A stretch of 64,000 bases of DNA, taken from the NCBI GenBank assembly GCA_963721455.1, contig CAVRJG010000053.1:160001-224000 (forward strand), written 5' to 3'. The notes beneath the pieces were generated by a model. It was not told the DNA's origin and did no database searches. It worked only from the letters and a program-made list of their open reading frames with translations. This DNA comes from an uncultured Methanosarcinaceae archaeon (lineage in GTDB: Archaea > Halobacteriota > Methanosarcinia > Methanosarcinales > Methanosarcinaceae). The position numbers and the translations under genes were made by a program. Below, one piece after another: positions 21,818-30,356 of the stretch (positions within the stretch are counted from its first letter, which is position 1; every line of letters begins with the position of its first letter).

Positions 21818-22003
21818 GTGGAGGTTAAAAAAATGACCTTTTTGAAAGGATACAATTTTACGAAAGTGAAAACTTCACACGGGCCTGACATGTACGTATC
21901 CAGATATGGGAAACTGGTAAGAGTCGTTCCATGCAGTCCCAATGTGAAGTTATCCGAAAGATACACCAGCGACTTGATCCGCCAGATCGAGTCCATGGAA
22001 TAA
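21818..22003 (+). CDS. Small hypothetical protein
   Basis: GGAGG before ATG at 21833; T-rich terminator-like tract downstream. Confidence 0.5.
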   Translation: MEVKKMTFLKGYNFTKVKTSHGPDMYVSRYGKLVRVVPCSPNVKLSERYTSDLIRQIESME

Positions 22004-22186
22004 ATGATAAAAAATTTTTCCGACTTTTTCTTTTTGATTCGGACTTATTTTGGTGAAAGCCTTTTTTCAGACCGAAGCTTTTTCGGCCGGACATTTTTTA
22101 AACTTTTTTCTTTCTATATATACCTTTCTTTTTTCTGAACTTTTTATATACAGTCTTTTGAACTGGTACTTTCAGATTCATCAGAT

Positions 22187-22260
22187 CGTAACAAGATTCG
22201 GTTTATGAAACTCCGTAACATTCGAGTTAGGAAGCTCTGTAACATTCGAGTTATGAAGAT
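22187..22260. repeat. ~24-bp imperfect tandem repeat (GTAACATTCGAGTTAxGAAxCTC), 3 units
   Basis: Read directly, upstream of the GNAT gene. Confidence 0.7.
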
Positions 22261-22316
22261 ATACTTCTTATTAACTTTACATCGGTAAAAGAACCTTAAA
22301 AACAGGACCTGATACA

Positions 22317-22742
22317 TTGATCCGAAATTACAGGGAAACAGATCTCAAAGAGATGGTAAGAATCTGGTACGATGCCTCTGTCATTGCTCATTCCTTCATG
22401 CCTGCTTCTTTCTGGGCTTCAAAAAAAAGCATTATGAAGGAAAGGTACCTCCCGCTTGCCGAAAATTTTGTTTTTGAGGAGGAAGGCAGGATTACAGGAT
22501 TTATTTCCGTTGTTGGAGAAAGAGTCTGCGCCCTCTTCGTAGCGCCGGAAATGCAGGGCAAAGGGATCGGGAGGACTCTCCTCGAATACGCAAAAAACCT
22601 GACCGGAAAGCTCTCCCTCAAAGTCTACAGAGAAAACGAAAATGCTTTTCGTTTTTATAAGAAATGTGGGTTTGTGGCAGCCGGAGAAGAGGTTGATGAA
22701 TATACAGGTTGCTTGCAGGTTTTGATGGAGTGGAACGAATGA
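22317..22742 (+). CDS. GNAT family N-acetyltransferase
   Basis: LFVAPEMQGKGIGRTLL acetyl-CoA motif; NENAFRFYKKCGF. Confidence 0.92.
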   Translation: MIRNYRETDLKEMVRIWYDASVIAHSFMPASFWASKKSIMKERYLPLAENFVFEEEGRITGFISVVGERVCALFVAPEMQGKGIGRTLLEYAKNLTGKLSLKVYRENENAFRFYKKCGFVAAGEEVDEYTGCLQVLMEWNE

Positions 22743-22915
22743 GAAGCCCATTGCGGGATAGAACCTATAGTTTCCGAAGGCATCCATTTCTACAAGATAG
22801 AGACAAGATAGAGAATAGTGTAAAACTTCATTTTGAAATCTGAGAAACAAAGCTTAAGCATATGCTGAATATAATGAGTATTAAGGAAGGTAAAGAATAA
22901 ACGGAGAGCACAGCC

Positions 22916-23881
22916 ATGAATCCTGAAACTGGGAATAGATTCACTGAAGAGGGAGAAGACTCACTTTTCCGGCACCTTGAGCCTGATACACCTGAAGTAA
23001 TGGAAATAAAAAGCCTGCAAGGAGAGGAATATGAATACAGCGATTATCTGGGAACAATTGAATATTCTATTGCCAGGCATTTTTATAAGGATGACAGAAA
23101 AATAAAGGACAAAGATGCAGTATCAGCATTGAAGAATATCAGAAAAAACTACGACAAAAATATCTCTTTTTTTAAGCGGAACCTTGAAAAAGAAATTACC
23201 GAAAACCTGATCGAACTCCTTGAAGAAGAGCCAATAACCCATCACGAGTTCGAACTTGTAATTGACTACGTTTTAGACGTTATCGACAACAGGTCCTGGA
23301 TGGAAGATGAGCAGGCGTACCTGAAGTGGGCCACTTATGTTATGGGACTTTTCACGGAAGAAGAGAGTCAAGAATATGAAAGAAACGTCAAAAAGCTTGC
23401 CGCTAAACTGGGTCTGTCCAGCAAACACGCGGATCTAATGCTCTTGAAAGGGGACGAGGACGATTATTTTGAATTTGTAGAAAATTACGGAGACGATGAA
23501 GGAGAAGGGCTGACTGAAGAAGAGCTGATAGCTGAAATGGAAACAAAGTTCCTTTCATTGACAGATGCCGAAAAATTTGATTTCCTGCTGGAAAACGGCC
23601 CGGATTTTTATGAGTTAGTGGGACTTTATATCTCAGAGCTGTCAGAAAAAGGCGAATTTGAAAAGATTCAGGAACTGTACAGAAAGCTTGTTGAAAAATA
23701 TGATGATTTCATTTACCTGTATGTTTTCATGGGAGGAGCCTACGTCGAGATAGACCCTGCTCTTGCAAAATTCTATTTTGAAAACGCCCTGAAAAGCCTG
23801 GATAAACTCGATGACCTTTCGGACTCCACTAAAGAAGTATTAAGAGGCAATCTCCTCGACCTGATTAATAAAATAAACTGA
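22916..23881 (+). CDS. Hypothetical acidic helical protein (possible TPR-like C-terminus)
   Basis: 321-aa ORF with native codon usage and RBS-like GGAG. Confidence 0.75.
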   Translation: MNPETGNRFTEEGEDSLFRHLEPDTPEVMEIKSLQGEEYEYSDYLGTIEYSIARHFYKDDRKIKDKDAVSALKNIRKNYDKNISFFKRNLEKEITENLIELLEEEPITHHEFELVIDYVLDVIDNRSWMEDEQAYLKWATYVMGLFTEEESQEYERNVKKLAAKLGLSSKHADLMLLKGDEDDYFEFVENYGDDEGEGLTEEELIAEMETKFLSLTDAEKFDFLLENGPDFYELVGLYISELSEKGEFEKIQELYRKLVEKYDDFIYLYVFMGGAYVEIDPALAKFYFENALKSLDKLDDLSDSTKEVLRGNLLDLINKIN

Positions 23882-24221
23882 CTGTGCCCAGGCAGAATTT
23901 CCGGTAGAAATCCCGTAATCGCCAGATCTTCCATGCCATAATTTAGATTGATGACTCCATTTCAGCTGGCAGAACAAATCTAAAAAGGGATGGGAAAAGA
24001 AGATTCAGCAAATCGAAAAACGGAACAGCCATAATAGCTGTCTTTAACGTGTACTTAACAGCCGTCACAATATTAAAAACGGTTCGTGACACTTTTTATC
24101 GGTGTTTAAAAGCGTAATTTTGTTAAGGTTAGCTGTAGTTAAGATTGCTTCATATTTGTTTTTATATTTTGCACATTAAATAAATATAAAGATTCAATCG
24201 GGGAAAAGCGGGAGCCGTTCA

Positions 24222-25418
24222 GTGACAGCACTCAAAGATTCAGGTGCAGTATGCAAGGATGCGGATGGAGAGAAAAATGTAGAAGATTTACCGACTTTAG
24301 AAGATGTACCGGATGTAGAAGGCACACCAGGCATAGAAATTGTACCTGAAGATTTCAAAGCCATCCGGAACCCCATTCTGCGCTATGCACTGCTCCTGTT
24401 TCCGTGGCTGATCCTGCTCATCATAATTTATATACTGGCAAATTACCCGCTTATTGCAGGAGTGGTGATGTATACCTCAGGAATGCTGGCAGCAGCCCTG
24501 AGCCTTTTTGCTTTTTCCGTACTTATAAAAATGATACCGGAAACTTTCCGTAACCTCTGGCGCCGGAAGATTGTCGTGGGGGCTTACCCTTGGGATTCAT
24601 TTCAAAAAATTCCCTGTGAGAAGGGGTCCGAAATAGCAGCCCCTGAAACTGGGCGGCTTGAAGAAAGATTCCGCCAATTCATGCAGGAACTGCAAAAAAT
24701 GCTGAACCACCCCTACCAGTGGGCTATGGGTGTAGCCTTTTCCCTGCTGGTGTTTACCTGGCATTGGAGTAATCCGATCGAGTTTTTTATTGCTTTTATC
24801 ATAGGACTTATGGCCTGGAGGATGCTTATAACCTCCATCTATATCTGGAAACTAGGAAAAGAATTTCGCCTTGAGCCGCAGCTCGGGCATCCTGACAGGT
24901 CCGGCGGGCTCTCTCCCCTGGGTAATCTCTGCCTGTGGAATGCTTTTATAATCACCATACCGGCAATTCACCTGGGCGGCTGGTCTATCCTGAGAATTTT
25001 TACGGAAAAAGGGAGTCCCTTTTTCGAAATATCAGAAGAATATGCTCCCCTCTACCTGTGGCTGCTCTTAATTCTTGTGCCTTTTGCACTTGTAACTTTC
25101 TTCCTGCCTCTATTGAAAGTGCACTGGATCATGGAGGAATGGAGAAATCGGAAACAGGCACGATTGGATCAACTCGAACACTCCATTAACCAGCTGGAAT
25201 CCAGGCTGCTGAATGAAGCGGAAAAGCTGGACCAGAAAGAGTTTGAAAGCATCCAGAAGGAGCTGGAGATGATGCAACAGGTTTACATGCGGAACGAGAA
25301 GCTCCCCGTATGGCCCTTCAACATGGGAATTATGCTAAAGCTCCTGGTTTCACAGACCGTACCTGTCCTGGGCATTATCTCCCAGGTAATGTCATTGATT
25401 AAACAGGTCACTAGCTGA
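24222..25418 (+). CDS. Hypothetical polytopic membrane protein
   Basis: Several TM segments, HPDRSGGL and PVWPFN motifs, coiled-coil stretch. Confidence 0.75.
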   Translation: MTALKDSGAVCKDADGEKNVEDLPTLEDVPDVEGTPGIEIVPEDFKAIRNPILRYALLLFPWLILLIIIYILANYPLIAGVVMYTSGMLAAALSLFAFSVLIKMIPETFRNLWRRKIVVGAYPWDSFQKIPCEKGSEIAAPETGRLEERFRQFMQELQKMLNHPYQWAMGVAFSLLVFTWHWSNPIEFFIAFIIGLMAWRMLITSIYIWKLGKEFRLEPQLGHPDRSGGLSPLGNLCLWNAFIITIPAIHLGGWSILRIFTEKGSPFFEISEEYAPLYLWLLLILVPFALVTFFLPLLKVHWIMEEWRNRKQARLDQLEHSINQLESRLLNEAEKLDQKEFESIQKELEMMQQVYMRNEKLPVWPFNMGIMLKLLVSQTVPVLGIISQVMSLIKQVTS

Positions 25419-25435
25419 CAAAATAAGGAAAAAAG

Positions 25436-25672
25436 GAAAACAAGGGCACAATTTTTCCGTGCTTTCCTTGTTTTCCGTAGTTATATAGGCTTGAATGAGT
25501 TTTTCCGTGCCCTTTGTGGTTATAAACATGGAGTGAGTTAAACCACTGAAAGCACGGAAAACACGGAAGGAAAGAAACAAGGGCACAGATTTCCAGTGCC
25601 TTCCTTATCTTCAGTGGCTACGGTGCCTTGATTGGGTTTTTCCCTGCCCGCCTGTGTTTTTCGTAGTTATGA
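25436..25672. repeat. Palindromic REP-like repeat (CACGGAAAACACGGAA / TTCCGTG units)
   Basis: Two adjacent units; related copy at 37072-37195. Confidence 0.7.
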
Positions 25673-25731
25673 AACCTATAGTGATTTAAGTGTAAATATT
25701 TACATTTTAAATTATGTTAGTAGCATAGTTT

Positions 25732-25932
25732 GGCAATGTGCCAAGAATGATAATCATTGCCAATTAATCAGTTTTACTAATCGTGTAAATATTTGGTGGG
25801 CAGTGTCCCGGATTTGCTGTAAATTTGACGTCAAGTTTTTGTATACTGTACATGAAACAGATCTAATGATATCGAGTTTTTGATTCAAACTTTTTAAAAT
25901 TTATAATTTTACAGAAAAATTGGCACATTGCC
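25732..25932. mobile_element. MITE-like element (201 bp)
   Basis: Perfect 13-bp inverted repeat GGCAATGTGCCAA / TTGGCACATTGCC; internal related end GGCAGTGTCC at 25799. Confidence 0.6.
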
Positions 25933-26473
25933 TATTCCTACGTGGTTCAGAATAACTGAGTTCAGGAAAGCATAGGTAAAAGAGAGACAGAAAAATGGAA
26001 AAGTTGAGGGGAGAATTTCGGGCTACGTATTATCTATTAGAACAAGAGAATACTTATTTGTGAAATTATCTGTTATTATCTATTAGTCCTTTTAGAAGTA
26101 TTTAAAGAATTAAAGATTTCGGACATTATTAGAAAAACGGCAACGCACTACCCGACGTGAGAAGAAGATTCAATTGGGTTATGTTTTAGGGCGAGATTAC
26201 ATTAGAAGCGAGTAGAAATAATTCGAAAAAATTCTCCGACCCCCCAGCCAATGGTAAGAGAGCATGGGTATTCACCTGGGAAGTATCTTTTTACTAAGGC
26301 TAAGAGTTTAAAAAAGGCATCCGCCTGAAGGAAAACTCTTTGGAATTTATCTATTGTTACGAGTTCAAACCTGTCCAAGATCGTGCACTTTGACCTGGCG
26401 GCATCCCATCATCGAATACACACATGAAGGGCATTACACCGATTCAGATTCAGACATGAAAGGATGTGACAAT

Positions 26474-29400
26474 ATGGTCAATGAAAAGAAGACCACAGGC
26501 AAAGAGGAAATACAAATATCAGAAGAGGAGCAGCTGCATTCTGCAGAAGAAACCCCTGTTACTGAAGAATCTCCTGCTCCGGATGCAGACTCGAATAAAC
26601 TCCCAAAAGAGAACTTTCCCATTGTGGGCATCGGTGCATCGGCTGGTGGACTGGCTGCTTTCGAAGCTTTCTTTTCAGCCATGCCTACAGACATCGAGCC
26701 CGACATGGCCTTTGTCCTGGTGCAGCACCTGGATCCGGTCCACAAGAGCATTCTCGCCGACCTGATCGGGCGCTATACACGGATGCCGGCTTACGAGGTT
26801 AAGGACGGGATGGCTGTCAAGCCTAACTGTGTCTACATCATCCCGCCTAACCGTGATATGATTTTTCAGAACGGCACGTTGCATTTGTTCGAACCTGCCG
26901 AACCGCGCGGCCATCGTCTACCGATTAATATATTATTCCGCTCCCTGGCCGAGGAAAAGAAAGAGCAGGCCATCGGAATTATACTCTCAGGTACCGGCAG
27001 CGACGGCACACTGGGGTTACGGGCTATCAAGGTAGAGGGCGGCATGGTGATAGTACAGGACCCCGAATCAAGCGAGTATGACGGTATGCCTCTCAGCGCC
27101 ATTGAGACCGGTCTGGCAGATTACATCCTGAAACCGGCCGAGATGCCAGCCCAGCTCATTGCCTATGTTGCCCAGGCCTTTGGAAAAAGATCCCAACCGA
27201 TCGCCAATGCAGAAGACTCGATGAAAAAGATATTTAATCTGCTGAGCACCCAGACAGGCCACGACTTTTCCCATTACAAAAAGAACACTATCGACCGCCG
27301 CATCAAGCGGCGTATGGCCGTCCATAATATTGATAATGTGAATGAGTATGTGCGCTATTTACAGCAAAAATCTGCAGAAGTGGAGGCACTCTTTCGCGAC
27401 CTATTAATCGGCGTCACCAATTTCTTCCGTAATCCCGAGGATTTTAAGGTGCTCCAGGAAAAGGTCATCCCGCGTCTCTTTACAGGCAAGAACTCAGATT
27501 CAGTGATACGTGTGTGGGTGCCTAGCTGCTCCACAGGTGAGGAGGCTTATTCCATTGGCATCCTGATCCAGGAGCAAATGGAGGCGTTGATGCTAACTGC
27601 CAAGGTACAAATCTTCGGCACCGATATTGACAGCCGGGCTGTTTTACAGGCCCGCAGCGGCATCTATCCAGCAAGTATCTCCGCCGACGTCTCGTCTGAA
27701 AGGCTGAAGCGCTTCTTCACCCAGGATTCAGAAGGCAACTATCGTATCCGGAAAAATATTCGTAACATGGTGATCTTTTCCGAGCAGGACATTATCAAAG
27801 ACCCGCCCTTTTCCAAGCTCGACCTGATCAGTTGTCGCAACGTGATGATCTATATGGATGGGGAACTGCAGAAGAAACTCATCCCTCTCTTCCACTACGC
27901 ATTAAACCCGGGAGGATTTCTTTTCCTGGGTCCCTCCGAAACCGTGGGAGAGTTCACGAACCTTTTTGATACACTGGACCGCAAGTCGAAACTGTACCAA
28001 AGAAAAGATGATGTTAGCAGTAAACGTCCTTTCATGGAGAGATTTCTCCCACCAAAGCTGGAAAGTGCAGCCTTACGACCTTCAGGCAAGGCTCCTGCCG
28101 AAACGAAACCTCAACTTCGCGAGCTGACCGAACGGACAATGCTTCAATATTACGCCCCTGTCAGTGTGCTCGTCAACGAGCGCGGTGATATTCTCTACCT
28201 TCATGGGCGTACGGGCCTATACCTGGAACCAGCTCCGGGTGAGGCTGGTATGAATATACTGAAGATGGCACGAGAGGGATTGAAGCGGGAGTTGACCACA
28301 GCCCTGCACAAAGCCGTGGTAAGTAAAGAGCCGGTATTTAACCCCGGACTACGGGTCAAAACCAACGGCGATTTCACTACCGTTAATCTGGCGTTACGGC
28401 CTGTGCCGGTAGAAAATGACGTACCCGCCGGGCTAAACCTGTTCCTGATCACCTTTGAGAAAACGCCAGAACCGGATCAGAGCCAAACCGGAAAGACTCC
28501 CTCCATGGATGCTGGTGAAGGTGTCCCGGGGGGCGGAGTGGAAGTTGACGCGCGCATCCTGGCACTGGAGCAAGAACTCAAGATCAAGGAAGAACATCTC
28601 AAAGCCTCCTATGAGGAACTGGAGACCTCCAACGAGGAACTCAAGTCATCCAATGAAGAGATGCAGTCCATGAACGAGGAACTGCAATCAACCAACGAGG
28701 AGCTGGAGACTTCCAAGGAGGAATTGCAATCGGTCAATGAGGAATTGTCCACGGTCAATTCAGAACTGCAAAACAGGGTGTCTGAACTGTCTCAGGCCAA
28801 TAACGATATGAGCAACCTGCTGGCAGGTACGGGTATAGGCACTATCTTTGTGGACCATCAACTGCGCATCATGCGCTTCACCCCTGCAGTCATGCAGGTG
28901 ATCAACCTGATCCCGACCGACGTGGGACGGCCTGTTGGGCACATCATCTCAAACCTGCTGGGCTATGACCACCTTGTAGAGGACATAAAGGAGGTGCTGG
29001 ACAGCCTGAAGCCCAAAGATATTGAAGTCCAGACCAAAGAAGAAGTATGGTACCTGATGCGAATCCGGCCCTATCGCACCCTTGAAAACGTTATCGCGGG
29101 AGCGGTGATCACTTTTACGGAGATTACCGAGATGAAAAGAGCGAAGCTTAAGGAGTCCGAAACCATGCGCCACCTGACGGCGGTGGTGAAAGATTCGAGC
29201 GATGCTATAACGTTGCAGGATATGGAGGGACACATCCTTGCATGGAATCCGAAGGCTGAGAAGATTTATGGCTGGAGCGAAGATGAGGCACTGGCGATGA
29301 ACATTCGCAGCCTGGTTCCTGAGGACCGGAAAGAAGAAGAGTTGGCCACGTTGAAGAAGCTTAGCCGGGCTGAGGTTCTGGAACCTTACCATACCCAGCG

Positions 29401-29539
29401 ACTCACCAAAGACGGCAGAGTGGTAGATGTGTGGCTAAATGCCACTTCACTGGTGAATGAAGCTGGTGAGGCATACGCCATTGCGACCACGGAACGGGAG
29501 ATCAAACCGGAAAAATGGGAGAAGAAAGACCAGGAATAA
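26474..29539 (+). CDS. CheB methylesterase/CheR methyltransferase fusion with coiled coil and PAS domains
   Basis: GIGASAGG, LSGTGSDG (CheB); CSTGEEAYS, ISCRNVMIY (CheR); NEELQSxNEEL repeats; C-terminal PAS; no kinase domain. Confidence 0.93.
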   Translation: MVNEKKTTGKEEIQISEEEQLHSAEETPVTEESPAPDADSNKLPKENFPIVGIGASAGGLAAFEAFFSAMPTDIEPDMAFVLVQHLDPVHKSILADLIGRYTRMPAYEVKDGMAVKPNCVYIIPPNRDMIFQNGTLHLFEPAEPRGHRLPINILFRSLAEEKKEQAIGIILSGTGSDGTLGLRAIKVEGGMVIVQDPESSEYDGMPLSAIETGLADYILKPAEMPAQLIAYVAQAFGKRSQPIANAEDSMKKIFNLLSTQTGHDFSHYKKNTIDRRIKRRMAVHNIDNVNEYVRYLQQKSAEVEALFRDLLIGVTNFFRNPEDFKVLQEKVIPRLFTGKNSDSVIRVWVPSCSTGEEAYSIGILIQEQMEALMLTAKVQIFGTDIDSRAVLQARSGIYPASISADVSSERLKRFFTQDSEGNYRIRKNIRNMVIFSEQDIIKDPPFSKLDLISCRNVMIYMDGELQKKLIPLFHYALNPGGFLFLGPSETVGEFTNLFDTLDRKSKLYQRKDDVSSKRPFMERFLPPKLESAALRPSGKAPAETKPQLRELTERTMLQYYAPVSVLVNERGDILYLHGRTGLYLEPAPGEAGMNILKMAREGLKRELTTALHKAVVSKEPVFNPGLRVKTNGDFTTVNLALRPVPVENDVPAGLNLFLITFEKTPEPDQSQTGKTPSMDAGEGVPGGGVEVDARILALEQELKIKEEHLKASYEELETSNEELKSSNEEMQSMNEELQSTNEELETSKEELQSVNEELSTVNSELQNRVSELSQANNDMSNLLAGTGIGTIFVDHQLRIMRFTPAVMQVINLIPTDVGRPVGHIISNLLGYDHLVEDIKEVLDSLKPKDIEVQTKEEVWYLMRIRPYRTLENVIAGAVITFTEITEMKRAKLKESETMRHLTAVVKDSSDAITLQDMEGHILAWNPKAEKIYGWSEDEALAMNIRSLVPEDRKEEELATLKKLSRAEVLEPYHTQRLTKDGRVVDVWLNATSLVNEAGEAYAIATTEREIKPEKWEKKDQE

Positions 29540-29697
29540 AAAAGACCTGTCGGAACCGTGACTGATCTCAGTATAACGGCGGAGGAGACATCCCGGATAA
29601 AAACCATTCAGATCACGGAGAATCATAAATCGCTGTCGTTGAAGGTCGCGAGATGGGTACCCTACGAACTGAGGTGCATAAGGTCGAGTTAAGGTTT
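29515..29697 (+). pseudogene. Decayed 5' remnant of the PAS sensor that usually follows CheB/CheR fusions
   Basis: Overlapping ATG reads ...AEETSR...SLSLKVARWVPYEL/(shift)VHKVEL, resembling the HELxVHQIELEMQ motif. Confidence 0.55.
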
Positions 29698-29896
29698 AAA
29701 TGGACAAGTTTCTGGGAGCCCATTTTCTTTAACCGCCTGGCTATTGATTTTGTTACTCAGTTTTGCATGGGCTGGCAATTACACTTTTTTGACAACTCCA
29801 AATAAACATCAGTAGAGTAATTCTGGGCACGCCGGATAGTTGCCTTATACCAGATATAAGAATGCTGCATTATCAGAAGGCGATTATAATTGATTG

Positions 29897-30027
29897 AGCT
29901 GATCCCATACCCCATTTTTATTCTTATCCATCATGATTTTTTCAGGGTTGCTTTCAAGATAAGAATCTAGATCGGTCGTTAAAAACACGAGATTTAAAGA
30001 GGCAAATTTTGAGTTTTGCGATCGGTT
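29897..30027. mobile_element. Degenerate MITE, inverted relative of 37257-37385
   Basis: AGCTGATCCCA...GCAAATTTTGAGTTTTGCGATCGGTT ends. Confidence 0.6.
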
Positions 30028-30356
30028 TATTAATATCTTATTAACTAAATGTTATATATTAGATAAAGTAAACTCATAAGTTTAGTACAGTTTTAAAAGC
30101 AAACCAGATACACCTTACTCAGTTTATGAAGTGCCGATTTTTGCTGTGAGAAATATAAAATACAAAAAAATACAAAACGGGATTGTGGGGATGAGTCATT
30201 GATAATATCTGAAAACACGGACATCACCCAGTGTTTGGGGAAAAGTAGAAGGATTCTTGCGTTTACGATTTTTCAGTAACTGACTCCCAGAACAGCGAAG
30301 AGCCGAAATTGGAAAACGTTGGTGGAAGGGACCACATGCCAGGGAGAAAATGTGGA

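Noticed and set aside
24030-24150. Possible MITE (GCTGTCTTTAAC...GTTAAGATTGC)
   Set aside because: Inverted repeat too degenerate to call
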